A stretch of DNA of 64,000 nucleotides from Euryarchaeota archaeon UBA182 (lineage in GTDB: Archaea; Thermoplasmatota; Poseidoniia; Poseidoniales; Thalassarchaeaceae): positions 14,258 through 78,257 of the forward strand of contig DAGH01000025.1 in NCBI GenBank assembly GCA_002495675.1. Direction: 5' to 3'. The position numbers and the translations under genes are program-made. Below are positions 20,844 through 30,620 of the stretch, in pieces. The notes under the pieces were generated by a model. That model was not told the origin of the DNA, made no database searches, and worked only from the letters and a program-made list of their open reading frames with translations. Position 1 is the first letter of the stretch; each line of letters begins with the position of its first letter.

Positions 20844-21271
20844 TCCCCCATCATCCTTGACGCCTCGTTAACCACTCGGTCGAGCATGTTCTTGAAGCCA
20901 TTGGACCTACTTGGGGTCAGGGCTGAATTGAAGCCCATTGCCTCGGCGAATTCAGGGGTCAGCAAGGAGACCTGTTCGCAACTGCTTCCATCAACTGCTA
21001 TCCTCGTGATCTCCATCAACCCCTGGACAATCTGAGCATCCGCACCGCCTCTCATCCTGAAAAGGCCACTTGAATCCAATGTGCATTCCACGTGTGCTCT
21101 GGATTGGCAACCCTGAATCATGTTGGCGTCGTTCCATCTATCTTGTGGAAGTGCGTTGGTTGCGTTAGAAGCATATTCAAACAGCAGTTCGTACCGTTCC
21201 ATTGAGTCAAAGCAGTCCTGAAATTCCGCGACCACCGGATCAAGTGCCTCAGGCCACAGCCTCTCTCCCAT
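20840..21271 (-). CDS. sufE: SufE family sulfur acceptor
   Basis: IQGCQS, DAQIVQGL, LTPSRSNG. Confidence 0.92.
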   Translation of the reverse strand: MGERLWPEALDPVVAEFQDCFDSMERYELLFEYASNATNALPQDRWNDANMIQGCQSRAHVECTLDSSGLFRMRGGADAQIVQGLMEITRIAVDGSSCEQVSLLTPEFAEAMGFNSALTPSRSNGFKNMLDRVVNEASRMMGE

Positions 21272-21310
21272 GATGCCTGTTCGTGGCCGGTGTTTTTGAA
21301 TGGTTCCAGA

Positions 21311-22537
21311 TCAGGCGCCGAACCTGTCACAAACCATCTTCAAATGGTCAAGGAAAGAGCGTATTTCCTCCTCTGTGTTGTACAGCCAGAGTGATATCCG
21401 ATTCGTCGAAGCCACGCCGAGCGCGTCCATCAGGGGCTGTGCGCAATGCTGGCCGGTCCTCAGAGCGAATCCCCCCTCGTCCAACAACATCGCCAAGTCG
21501 TCTGAATCGATCCTCTCATGGAGGAAGGATATTGTCCCACTGCTCCCGGGTCGTCTCGGATCTGAGTAGATGGTTATGCCATCTATCTGGACCATGCCCT
21601 CGTATGCCATGATTGCCAGGGACTTGATATGGTCGTGCATCTGAGTGAAATCGATTTTCGAGAGCCAGTCAATCGCTGCCCCCCATCCGATTGCCTCCGC
21701 GATTCTGGGGGTTCCAGTCTCAAGGAGGGCGGCCCCGTCTCGATAGACTGAGCCATCGGTGGAGACTGACCTGATCATCTGGCCACCTGTCAGGAAAGGC
21801 CCGCATTGCGAGAGGGCCTCGTTCGTTGCGAGCAGGCCTCCAATCCCTGTGGGGCCAGCCATCTTGTGTGCGGACAGTGTGAGGAAATCTGCTCCCAACT
21901 CCTTGAAGTTGATTCTCTCATGAGATGCACCTTGTGCGGCGTCGATGAGTGTTCTCGCACCTGATTCCTTTGCCAGTGCGATGATGTCCTCTATAGGGTT
22001 CCTTGTGCCCAATACGTTGCTTGTGTGGACTACGCACACCAATTTAGCCCCCGGCAGCGCATGCTTGTATGCCTCCATGTCAAGGCACATGCGCCCCAGA
22101 TCCAGAGGCACGTATCTCAGCTCTATGCCAATCTCCTTCGATAGCTCCTGCCATGGAACGATGTCCGCGTGGTGCTCCATCTCCGTGAGCACGACCGCAT
22201 CCCCCTCTGAGAGGTTCCTTCGTGCCCAAGCATAGGCAACTAGGTTGATTGCTTCGGTGGTTCCACTAGTGTAAATCAGGTTCGAGGGGTCGGCACCGAA
22301 GAAGGAGGCAATTGATTCCCGTGCAGTCTCCAGTGCAGTAGTCGCCTCGTCAGCTAATGTGTGGGCGCCCCTGTGAGCATTAGAGTTGTATGTCTTGTAG
22401 TATCGAGTCATTGCATCTATTACCGTATCTGGCTTCTGGCTTGTCGCAGCATTGTCGAAGTACACCAAGGGCTTGCCGTTTGGTAGGACCCTGTTTAGGA
22501 TCGGGAAATCAGATCGGATCTCCTGAACGTCGTACAT
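21311..22537 (-). CDS. sufS: Cysteine desulfurase, SufS family
   Basis: YFDNAATSQKP, MEHHA, DAAQ, SAHKMAGPTG, LRTGQHCAQP. Start MYDVQ at 22537 (or 22549). Confidence 0.95.
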   Translation of the reverse strand: MYDVQEIRSDFPILNRVLPNGKPLVYFDNAATSQKPDTVIDAMTRYYKTYNSNAHRGAHTLADEATTALETARESIASFFGADPSNLIYTSGTTEAINLVAYAWARRNLSEGDAVVLTEMEHHADIVPWQELSKEIGIELRYVPLDLGRMCLDMEAYKHALPGAKLVCVVHTSNVLGTRNPIEDIIALAKESGARTLIDAAQGASHERINFKELGADFLTLSAHKMAGPTGIGGLLATNEALSQCGPFLTGGQMIRSVSTDGSVYRDGAALLETGTPRIAEAIGWGAAIDWLSKIDFTQMHDHIKSLAIMAYEGMVQIDGITIYSDPRRPGSSGTISFLHERIDSDDLAMLLDEGGFALRTGQHCAQPLMDALGVASTNRISLWLYNTEEEIRSFLDHLKMVCDRFGA

Positions 22538-22595
22538 ATTCACGAGCATCCCTGTCGGTTTTGGGATATTAAGACGCGTTATGTGCTTTTTGTCC

Positions 22596-23087
22596 TCACA
22601 GACCCAGGCGCGAGAGCGCATCCATGATGGACTCTTCAGTCGCTGGGGAGCTCTTGGCGTCTCTTAGGTACCTGCCGACTACATCTGACCCCAAGTGAGC
22701 GAACTGTTCCCTCATCGCGGCCAGGGCCTTCCACCCATGGCCGCCACTGGCCGTCCCTATGGCGACCTTTCTTCGATTGAACAAGGACCTGAAGTCTTCG
22801 TAGTCCACTGAAATCCAGGTCAGGGCATTGATCCACACTGGGGGGAGCCCGCCGTTGTATTCTGGGAGCAGGACTATCCATGGTGCAGCCCCCTCTAGGT
22901 CTTGGATAAGCCGCCTCAGATGTTCCAACTTTGCGTTTTTGTTGGCCCTGGTGTAGATTGGCATCTCATAATTGTCCAACTCGATGATTGAGGATGTTTT
23001 TCCCATGCCCTCGACAAGTGACTTCACGCGCTTGCCCAAATCCAAGTTCCTTCCACCGCTCGTGACGATGATTTTGAGGTCCTCCAT
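22596..23087 (-). CDS. NAD(P)H-dependent FMN reductase family flavoprotein
   Basis: PEYNGGLP motif, ASGG.G. Start MEDLK at 23087. Confidence 0.85.
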   Translation of the reverse strand: MEDLKIIVTSGGRNLDLGKRVKSLVEGMGKTSSIIELDNYEMPIYTRANKNAKLEHLRRLIQDLEGAAPWIVLLPEYNGGLPPVWINALTWISVDYEDFRSLFNRRKVAIGTASGGHGWKALAAMREQFAHLGSDVVGRYLRDAKSSPATEESIMDALSRLGL

Positions 23088-23173
23088 GTTCCGATGCCGG
23101 GCCGTCTTCCTATTGAATCCCACGTTGGCAATTTCGCGAAAGAAATACATGACGGCGTTGATTGGGGAATACC

Positions 23174-24406
23174 ATGAGGGCGTTCGGACGAACACTGTTG
23201 ATGGCCTTCTTCATGATTTCAGTTTCCCTGTCTGGATGTTTTGGAAACGAGGAAAAGGTCGACGAGGATATGGACGAGTTCGACGAATTCGGAGGTTATA
23301 GCGTCGTCGCACCAATCGACACGGGCATCAATGTGTATCACAACCACTTCGCAATGAACGGCACCTACCCAGGTTGGCTCCTCGAGGGCCTAGGTGTGAC
23401 CATGTGGTGCAATCTGACAGATACAGGAACATGGTCAGAGAGGTATGAGGCTGATCGTGAGCTCTGCTGGGACGTAATCTCCTCCGAAGACATAGTCTAT
23501 TTTGTTGGAACCAGAATCATCGGCACCACGCCTGATGACGAGACGGACATCCCGATCCTCGATGACCCCTCTGATGGTCACGGGACCGCAGTCACCGGCT
23601 CGGTATTGGATGCGAATCCGGATGCTGTGATATTTTTCGTCGAGGGTTTCAGTGACGCAGCGGTTTTGGCAGCCGCCAATCAACCGCTTGTGGACATAAT
23701 CTCCACGTCATTCGGGCCAATTGGCTCGATTCCCGTGCCTGGGATCGAGGATGCAACGAAGGTCGCCGTGGTCCAGAACGGGAAAATCCACACAGGGGCG
23801 TCTGACAACACTCCCTCCCCCGCGATCCAAGACTCTACGGCAGGGCCACCTTGGTCAATTGGAATCTCGGGTTATGCCGAAGAGGATGACGACCAAAAGG
23901 AGACGATGAGCGGGTCCTACCCCGATATCGCCGCCGATTGGACCCAACTGCTACCTAATCACGACGACATCGACGGGTACCATGTAACCTCTGGCACATC
24001 CTTCGCCACCCCACGGACTGCGGGAATCCTCAGCGAGGTCCTAGAGGACCTAAGGAGCAAGGCAGGGGACAACAGATCCGGGGCCTCGGGCGACAGGAAT
24101 GGCTTGCTTGTACTGCCAGACAATGGAATTGAGCCCATCGAAAATTCTGATCTCAGGGAAGCTCTGAACCTCTCGGCATGGTATCCAAGTTTTTCCAGTT
24201 GGGACCCAACTGCGGGAACACTCCCCATATCCCCTGTGGCCCCTTGCACCCAGGTTGGATGGGGCGTTGTCAACATGTCCAATGTCCAACCCCTCATAGA
24301 CCACCTTGACGGGACTTCTGAGATGCCCCCCCGGCCAGCCGACGTTGTTGCGTGCATGGATGCGAATCAGGACATCAGGCAGGCTTACTGGTCATTCGTC
24401 GGATGA
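23174..24406 (+). CDS. Subtilisin-like S8 serine peptidase lipoprotein
   Basis: Lipobox LSGC; catalytic triad in IDTG, GHGT and SGTSFATP. Confidence 0.88.
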   Translation: MRAFGRTLLMAFFMISVSLSGCFGNEEKVDEDMDEFDEFGGYSVVAPIDTGINVYHNHFAMNGTYPGWLLEGLGVTMWCNLTDTGTWSERYEADRELCWDVISSEDIVYFVGTRIIGTTPDDETDIPILDDPSDGHGTAVTGSVLDANPDAVIFFVEGFSDAAVLAAANQPLVDIISTSFGPIGSIPVPGIEDATKVAVVQNGKIHTGASDNTPSPAIQDSTAGPPWSIGISGYAEEDDDQKETMSGSYPDIAADWTQLLPNHDDIDGYHVTSGTSFATPRTAGILSEVLEDLRSKAGDNRSGASGDRNGLLVLPDNGIEPIENSDLREALNLSAWYPSFSSWDPTAGTLPISPVAPCTQVGWGVVNMSNVQPLIDHLDGTSEMPPRPADVVACMDANQDIRQAYWSFVG

Positions 24407-26137
24407 CTCCTCGCTGTTTCTCGAAGCAAAAATGATGATCCCTATCAGGCCAACTATCAGAAGTGCAGATATCATGCCTAGGATGCTTCCACCCTCACTG
24501 TCTTCGTCATCGCCCTGCCCGCTACCATCCGAGGTTCCTTCTGTGGAGGAGTTCCCCCCATCCGCTTGGCAGGTTCCATCATCTATGGTCGCAGAGGCAT
24601 CGAAGTTAGGGGCATTTTCATCCGTACAACCGGAACGATGTGAGTGATCGAGTGTTGCAAGGAACCCATCTGGCCATTGGTAAGTACTCTCGTTGTCCCA
24701 ATTCTGGATGGTTAAGTTTCCGAATTCAGCATGGGTCGTTGAGAATGACCCTCCCATTGCAGTCTTGCCATTTGAATGGTGCAATGACGTTGCTTCCGGC
24801 CACTTTGCCATTCCAAGTCCAAGGGCCCACTCCCATATTCCGTTATCTGAGATTCCTGCCATCCAGAGATCCATGTTTAGTGGGTCATCTGACTTCAAGA
24901 TTGAGTGTGTGTCGAATGCCAGTTGCAACGAGGCCGTCCCGCCCAAGACAATGGCACCACCAGACATAGAGGCGATCGCATGTGCGTCATCGTTCCCCGC
25001 CCCTGAAACAGACTCTGTCCATTGCCATTTGCCCTCGTTTGAAATCTTGGAGACCATCACATCAGTTGTACCAGTAAGGCCTGTGTTTGTATTGCTGATC
25101 CTGGACGAGTTGTCTGGGTCGATTGAGTAGGTGACGCGTGAGGAGGTTCTGGACAACACATAGGCACCACCTGTTTCATCGGCGTCGATTGAGTAGATCT
25201 CCTCGCTATTCTGACCCCCGATTGAGGCGATCCATTCCCATGTGTTGGATGACGGGTCCCAAGATGCGATCATTCCTTCGGAATAGCCTGGTGAATCATT
25301 GACGGTCTTGTTCGGAACCCCATAAGCTGCCTGCCCCAGAAAGTACCCAGCCACCATGACCTTGCCATCGGAGGTCAACGCCATGCTGTGCACCTCCAAA
25401 CTAGAATCCGCATCGAACAAACTTGCGTGGGAGGCAATTGCCCCCGTGGAATCGAACTCCACTAGGAAGGAGTCAGTCAATCCCCCATCTGCCCAACCCG
25501 GCATTAAGCTGGATCCGCCGTCATAAATCGGATCGCTGGCATAATTTCCAACGACAAAAACCCCTCCACTGGGGGCAGGCTCAAGTGCTACGGCCCAGTC
25601 TGAAGATTGGCCTTGAAAGGAATATGCCCATGTCCAGCTACCGGTCGTCGGATCCAACTTCCCAACGAAGGCCTCTGAGGTGGGGGATGTCGTTAGGGTC
25701 CTTGGAGTCTGGTCCGTGTTGTTCAACTCAAAGTTCCCAAAGACGGAAGTGTTCGACTTGAAGCCACCCGCGACATACACGGAGCCGTCTGTGGCAATGG
25801 TTATCGCTGCCCCCCAGTCGTCATCCGGGCCACCTGCAGTCGAAAGCCAAGCCCAATCGCCATCTGCCCATTTTCCGACAAAGATGTCCGTCGTGTTGCC
25901 AGTTTCATGTTGATTCGCCTCGAGCGATAATTCCCCAGCATGCAGGTCAAACCTGTAGGCTCCAACCACGTAGATATCACCGGACTCTGTATCAATGTGG
26001 ACATCATTGACTGAGTCGCCCCACCATCCAGATATAGCCTCGGCATCGGCCCAGATCGGGGGTTGTGCAGTAGTGTATCCTGCCAGGTGAGATACAAGCA
26101 GGATCGTGGTCAGAGTACCTGCCAGTCGCCACCTCAT
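24392..26137 (-). CDS. Secreted beta-propeller (SBBP-like repeats) surface protein with GCTD repeat and C-terminal TM
   Basis: Repeated DIFVGK/W.W...GG...D blades, GCTDENAPNFD motif, C-terminal hydrophobic anchor. Confidence 0.75.
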   Translation of the reverse strand: MRWRLAGTLTTILLVSHLAGYTTAQPPIWADAEAISGWWGDSVNDVHIDTESGDIYVVGAYRFDLHAGELSLEANQHETGNTTDIFVGKWADGDWAWLSTAGGPDDDWGAAITIATDGSVYVAGGFKSNTSVFGNFELNNTDQTPRTLTTSPTSEAFVGKLDPTTGSWTWAYSFQGQSSDWAVALEPAPSGGVFVVGNYASDPIYDGGSSLMPGWADGGLTDSFLVEFDSTGAIASHASLFDADSSLEVHSMALTSDGKVMVAGYFLGQAAYGVPNKTVNDSPGYSEGMIASWDPSSNTWEWIASIGGQNSEEIYSIDADETGGAYVLSRTSSRVTYSIDPDNSSRISNTNTGLTGTTDVMVSKISNEGKWQWTESVSGAGNDDAHAIASMSGGAIVLGGTASLQLAFDTHSILKSDDPLNMDLWMAGISDNGIWEWALGLGMAKWPEATSLHHSNGKTAMGGSFSTTHAEFGNLTIQNWDNESTYQWPDGFLATLDHSHRSGCTDENAPNFDASATIDDGTCQADGGNSSTEGTSDGSGQGDDEDSEGGSILGMISALLIVGLIGIIIFASRNSEESSDE

Positions 26138-26198
26138 GGGCCCGGGGCCGCAGGTTCAACAAATAATCCGTCCGGCCTGAGGGGGATATTTGCCGCCT

Positions 26199-28811
26199 CT
26201 AAGCAAGGTCATCGTCTTGTCTGGGGAGTGGGGGAGGCGATGGTGGGCTGGAGGGTATGGCCGGCCTCCTGGCTACCATCGATACCACCACGCCAAGGAC
26301 CACCAAGAGGACCATTATACCGGCCACACCGGCAAAGCCCCCCAGATCCAAGGAGGAGGGCTCCATGTCGTCGCATACGCCATCAGAATCTCCGTCCGAT
26401 GGGACGTTGGTTGCCACGAGGGAGTCGGAACCACAGGCAATCTCATCCGTGTCGAGCCATCCATCCCCATCATCGTCCAAGTCTGAGTTGTCTCCGATTC
26501 CATCGCCATCTGTATCCGAGGATTCGGTTGAGATCAGGGGGAAGGCGTCATCGGAATCCAGAATTCCGTCGTTGTCATCATCCATGTCCTCCACATAGGC
26601 GGAATTCGCTCCGATCAGCACCCAGTCTGGTTTGCCATCTCCGTCGGAGTCGCCGCCCACCTTGTCATCAAGGGGTTCCACGTCATCGACGTCAGGGACC
26701 CCATCACCATCATCATCGTGGTCGACCACGAGCGATGTCGGGCAATTTGGTATCGTGAACTCGTCGGGCATTCCATCCATGTCCCTATCCAAGCTGGCAC
26801 AAATCTCCAAGGGGAATGCATCCAGAGCATCCTCGACGTCGTCCGCATCGTCATCGTTGTCAATTTCGTTGCATTCCCCATCTTGGTCTGTGTCAACTGG
26901 CATTGAAAGAGGGTCCAAGGGGTCTGTGCCCCCGCATTCTCCCTCCAACAGGTCAGACCACCCATCTGAATCGTCATCGTCGTCCCTGTTATCCCCGATG
27001 CCATCGTCGTCGGTATCCATCCATTCGAGTGGGTCTGTTGGGAATTCGTCCAAGTCATCATGAGTGCCGTCCCCATCATCGTCGGCATCTTGGTCAGAAT
27101 CTCTGCAACCATCCCCGTCCATGTCAGTGATCGAGTCACTGGCCCATCCGGCCTCTGGACTCTCAAGACACTGATCAAACGCGTCGTAAACGCCGTCACC
27201 GTCTGAGTCGAATGTGATTTGGTAGATAAGAGTGGCATTCTCGACACCGATGTACTGGTCAGTACCTACCGCTGCTGAACAGCCAGTATTGTTACCAGTC
27301 ACGCAGACCGGGAAGTTTGCGGCTATGTTGCCTGCAGGGCTAATCGCTAAGTCGCCCAGAGGTGAAACCCCAGCTCCGTTGTATGCTATCCCTCGCATCC
27401 AATCGACGCTACCCCATTCGGTGTTGTGGAGCATCAGGAAGCCCTCCGCTTCCTCTGAGTTTCTTTCTCTTGTCATTTGCATGCCATCCGCACTATCAAA
27501 CGTCACCGGGCAGTCTGTTCCCTCATTCCCCCAACATTGAGTGCCTCCCAGTAGGAAATGCCCCTCCGGCGTCACCGCAGCTGAGTGGAATACCTCGTTG
27601 CCATCAGTCTTTGAGTCCCAAAGGCCCTCATACTCCCATGACGTGTGATTGAAAACCGCATACCAAGCATCAGAACCGCCGGAGTTGTACACCGAGAAAC
27701 TCCCGGCGCTGAATGTCGAGGAATAGTGGTTTCCTGCCAAGAGGACGCTGTGGGCATCCACCTCTACCATGACCTGTACGTAATCGGCAGCGGCGCCATT
27801 CATGACGCTCAGGCTTTCAACGGTGCCGTTCTCGTCGTACTTTACGATGAACGGGTTGTGGTTGGCCACTGAATACCCAGGGGCTATTGTCATCATACAG
27901 TTGGCGTCCCATCCCTCACATCCATATCCAGACATCAACAAACCTCCATCTGATGTGGCAACGATCCCTTTCTGGTTCAATGAGTACCATGAGTTCCACA
28001 TGTTGTTGTCGGCTGCTCCACTCCCGAAGGACTTAGACCACAATACATCACCTTGGGCTGAGAGTTTGATAATCATCACGTCAGACACCCCATTCGATTG
28101 GTGAGTGTTATCGCCAATGGAAATGCTGCAAAGGAGGTTGTAGTTCTGGCAGAAGGTGCCCGCGACATAGATCGATCCATCCGGTGCCTCTGAGATAGAA
28201 TGGATGGTGTCGAATCCCTTTGATCCAATGATCATTGACCATAGAGCCTCGCCACCAGGTCCAATCCTTGCGAACCAGGCGTCGCTCCCGTCATCTACGA
28301 CGGGGAGTGAAATTCCAAAACCTGTCAGCGTGCAGTCCGTTGGTTGAAGCCAACATGCACTGCCACCAACGAGCATGTCTCCATTGTTGGCAAAGGAAAT
28401 TGAGTCAATCCGGTCTCCTCCGCTCGAGGATATGATCTGGACGTCCTTGGCGCTGCCGGTAGAGTCCAAGGTCAACAGATAAGCAGGCGCGAAGTCGTCA
28501 CTCGTGACATCGACTCCATCGACGGTCAGCTGACAGGTTTCAGGATCCTCTGGGAGGTAGTATACTCCGCACAGGGTCCCTCCAATCACCAAATCGCCGT
28601 TTGGGGCGTATGCCATGGCGTTCACCGTCTCGTGCATGTATCCTAGATCTAGCAGGTATGAGGACTCTGATGAGAGCGAGATCTGCGTGGTCTCGGCCCT
28701 CTCGATCATGTCCTCCATTTCGACGGTGAAAATCGGACTTATGGACCAACTTGTCAACATAATGGCGAAGAGGATCGTCAGTTTGTGTCGTGTCGCGTTG
28801 GCTGTACCCAT
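26199..28811 (-). CDS. Large secreted beta-propeller plus thrombospondin type 3-like Ca-binding repeat protein, membrane-anchored
   Basis: Signal peptide, propeller blades with Cys pairs, many DxDxDG..D..D.FP repeats, C-terminal TM and Pro-rich tail. Confidence 0.8.
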   Translation of the reverse strand: MGTANATRHKLTILFAIMLTSWSISPIFTVEMEDMIERAETTQISLSSESSYLLDLGYMHETVNAMAYAPNGDLVIGGTLCGVYYLPEDPETCQLTVDGVDVTSDDFAPAYLLTLDSTGSAKDVQIISSSGGDRIDSISFANNGDMLVGGSACWLQPTDCTLTGFGISLPVVDDGSDAWFARIGPGGEALWSMIIGSKGFDTIHSISEAPDGSIYVAGTFCQNYNLLCSISIGDNTHQSNGVSDVMIIKLSAQGDVLWSKSFGSGAADNNMWNSWYSLNQKGIVATSDGGLLMSGYGCEGWDANCMMTIAPGYSVANHNPFIVKYDENGTVESLSVMNGAAADYVQVMVEVDAHSVLLAGNHYSSTFSAGSFSVYNSGGSDAWYAVFNHTSWEYEGLWDSKTDGNEVFHSAAVTPEGHFLLGGTQCWGNEGTDCPVTFDSADGMQMTRERNSEEAEGFLMLHNTEWGSVDWMRGIAYNGAGVSPLGDLAISPAGNIAANFPVCVTGNNTGCSAAVGTDQYIGVENATLIYQITFDSDGDGVYDAFDQCLESPEAGWASDSITDMDGDGCRDSDQDADDDGDGTHDDLDEFPTDPLEWMDTDDDGIGDNRDDDDDSDGWSDLLEGECGGTDPLDPLSMPVDTDQDGECNEIDNDDDADDVEDALDAFPLEICASLDRDMDGMPDEFTIPNCPTSLVVDHDDDGDGVPDVDDVEPLDDKVGGDSDGDGKPDWVLIGANSAYVEDMDDDNDGILDSDDAFPLISTESSDTDGDGIGDNSDLDDDGDGWLDTDEIACGSDSLVATNVPSDGDSDGVCDDMEPSSLDLGGFAGVAGIMVLLVVLGVVVSMVARRPAIPSSPPSPPPLPRQDDDLA
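26380..27210 (-). repeat. Intragenic TSP3-like DxDGDG repeat array
   Basis: Recurrent DxDxDG and D.FP.D units in the translation; degenerate at DNA level. Confidence 0.75.
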
Positions 28812-28905
28812 GTTTGATGATACGTGTTCGCAATTTCATATTTGCCCCAAATTCAAGTCAATAACGGGCACAAAGTGATGTATAAGTTGAGATCGATGTG
28901 GAATT

Positions 28906-29064
28906 ATGCTGATAGGCATATTTTTCGATGTTCTTGAGATTCTTGGCTTTCTGGCCCTCTTCCTCGTGATTGGCGCTTTGATAATGGCTCTTAGTGGCCC
29001 ATTGGGGATCATCAGAACCGCGATATCGAACTCGGACCAGGAGCAAGATACTTGGTGGAATTGA
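28906..29064 (+). CDS. Putative 52-aa single-pass membrane microprotein
   Basis: Hand translation MLIGIFFDVLEILGFLALFLVIGALIMALSGPLGIIRTAISNSDQEQDTWWN*. TATAAG at 28881. Too short for the ORF track. Confidence 0.5.
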   Translation: MLIGIFFDVLEILGFLALFLVIGALIMALSGPLGIIRTAISNSDQEQDTWWN

Positions 29065-29072
29065 ACACGAGT

Positions 29073-29150
29073 TGGTGCTCGTGCCGGGATTTGAACCCGG
29101 GTCGCCGCCTCGAAAGGGCGGCATGATGGACCGAACTACACCACACGAGC
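29073..29150 (-). tRNA. tRNA-Glu (TTC), CCA encoded
   Basis: Reverse complement GCTCGTGTGGTGTAGTTCGGTCCATCATG-CCGCC-CTTTCGA-GGCGG-CGACCCGGGTTCAAATCCCGGCACGAGCACCA. Confidence 0.97.
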
Positions 29151-29177
29151 GGTGGACCTCGGTCCACTGTTTCCGGT

Positions 29178-29795
29178 TTAACGGGTTCGCATTCCTTCTT
29201 CCTTTGGATGCCCTTGATTTTGCATCCACCTAAAGACGGGGACCATCAAGATCAAACCCAGCATTGATATCAAGAGGAATCTGGCCGGTGTGAACCATTC
29301 CAGTGCTGCGTCCCCGTAGTACCAGATGGCGACGGCCGGAATGGAGAACCTCATGAGCCTGCCAATGCCTCCCGAGATCATAAACGGAATAAGTGGCATA
29401 GAACCGGCTCCTGCGGTCCATGCAAGGGCCTTGTATGGCACCGGTCCCAATGCCGCGAAGAATACTCCGAATGATCCATGTCTGTGCATAATCTGCTCCA
29501 AACGGGCTATAGAAGACTCACTAGCAAACCGGGAGAGGACGTAGTCACCGGCCACTGATCCCATCCAATAGCCCACCAGCGATCCGAGTACTGAGCCAAC
29601 AGTCGCTACGATAACGATGGTCAAAAGTTCGGGAATACTGCCTGCCCCCAATGCCATCGGCCAAGAAACGAGGTCTGGGGGGACTGGTTGTACAGCAGAC
29701 TCGGTTGCTGATACCAAAAACAGCCCCATCAGCCCGAATGATTCGGCTGCATCGACAGTCCAATCGACCCACGTCTCCGGAACTAGGCCCGCCAT
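29178..29795 (-). CDS. YqaA/DedA (VTT domain) membrane protein
   Basis: ESAVQPVPPD, GSVLGSLVGYWMG, PVPYK, GRLMRF. Confidence 0.88.
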   Translation of the reverse strand: MAGLVPETWVDWTVDAAESFGLMGLFLVSATESAVQPVPPDLVSWPMALGAGSIPELLTIVIVATVGSVLGSLVGYWMGSVAGDYVLSRFASESSIARLEQIMHRHGSFGVFFAALGPVPYKALAWTAGAGSMPLIPFMISGGIGRLMRFSIPAVAIWYYGDAALEWFTPARFLLISMLGLILMVPVFRWMQNQGHPKEEGMRTR

Positions 29796-29889
29796 GCCTT
29801 GACGGGAAGGCCCGATTGAATCAACATTGCCCGCTGATTACATCCAATGTAATGAAACGCAAATGGGTGCACGGGTCGATGGGGATCGG

Positions 29890-30357
29890 ATGATCATCGA
29901 CACGGCTGGATTCATCCACTGGCCGCATGACCGCATTAGAGGAGCCATGGTCTCAGCTTCCCAAGTCGCAGAAATTGAAAGGCATGCACCAGAAGTTTAC
30001 CTTCTCCTCGAGCAACTAGACGTGGAAATTGCGATGCCCAGCGAGGAAAGCCTCCAACGAATAGCAGTCATCGCGGCCGAAACGGGTGATTTGGGCGGTC
30101 TCTCACCAGTGGACCTCGAGGTCCTCGCACTAGGACTTGACTACAATCGCGAGATTGCAACAGATGATCATCGAGTCCAGAACGTGGCTGAAGCCAACAA
30201 CATGGCCTGGAGAAGTGTTTCTGGGAGTGGTATCCGAACCAAGTGGAGGTGGAAGTTGAGGTGCTTGGGCTGCAGGAGGGAGTGGCAAGATTCGGAATTG
30301 GAGGATGGAGAGATCTGTAGCGATTGTGGTTCGAGGGTTCGCTTAGTCAGGTCCTGA
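29890..30357 (+). CDS. NOB1-family PIN endonuclease with Zn-ribbon
   Basis: IIDT, TGD..LS.VD.EVLAL, TDD..VQNVA, CLGC and CSDCGS. Start MIIDT at 29890. Confidence 0.88.
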   Translation: MIIDTAGFIHWPHDRIRGAMVSASQVAEIERHAPEVYLLLEQLDVEIAMPSEESLQRIAVIAAETGDLGGLSPVDLEVLALGLDYNREIATDDHRVQNVAEANNMAWRSVSGSGIRTKWRWKLRCLGCRREWQDSELEDGEICSDCGSRVRLVRS

Positions 30358-30570
30358 CTATTCCTCGGAATGCGACTCTGTCCTTCCGCCCCTATCTAGG
30401 TCCTTCTCTGTTTCTGAGGCACCTGCCAAGCCCTCCCTGAGGCCCTGCTGGAACTCCCCTTTGGCCCGACCCATACTCCTGAACAAGGCAGGGATTCTCT
30501 GTGATCCGAAGAATAGGATTCCAATGAATGCGAGAATTGCAAGTTCTGTCACCCCAAGTGTGCCTGCCAT
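30358..30570 (-). CDS. tatA: Twin-arginine translocase TatA/E subunit
   Basis: G.TEL, TM helix, FG..RIP.L.RSMG...GEF. Confidence 0.92.
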   Translation of the reverse strand: MAGTLGVTELAILAFIGILFFGSQRIPALFRSMGRAKGEFQQGLREGLAGASETEKDLDRGGRTESHSEE

Positions 30571-30620
30571 GTGCTACTTGAGGGGGTACTATGTCTCAAA
30601 CCCTTCGCAACTCTAAGGCC

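Noticed and set aside
26063..26758. Arg/Pro/His-rich 231-aa ORF and many other antisense or alternate-frame ORFs
   Set aside because: Shadow frames of well-supported genes, with low-complexity composition and no motifs.
26380..27210. CRISPR or DNA tandem repeat
   Set aside because: The repetition is protein-level Asp-rich TSP3 motifs, with no identical DNA repeats separated by spacers.
24392..29150. Integrative element at tRNA-Glu (also considered at tRNA-Ala, -Thr and -Val)
   Set aside because: No integrase and no duplicated tRNA 3' end found by eye.
28858..29233. ORFs overlapping tRNA-Glu (also 19566-19769, 33939-34241, 5611-5838 over other tRNAs)
   Set aside because: They span clear tRNA genes and are spurious.
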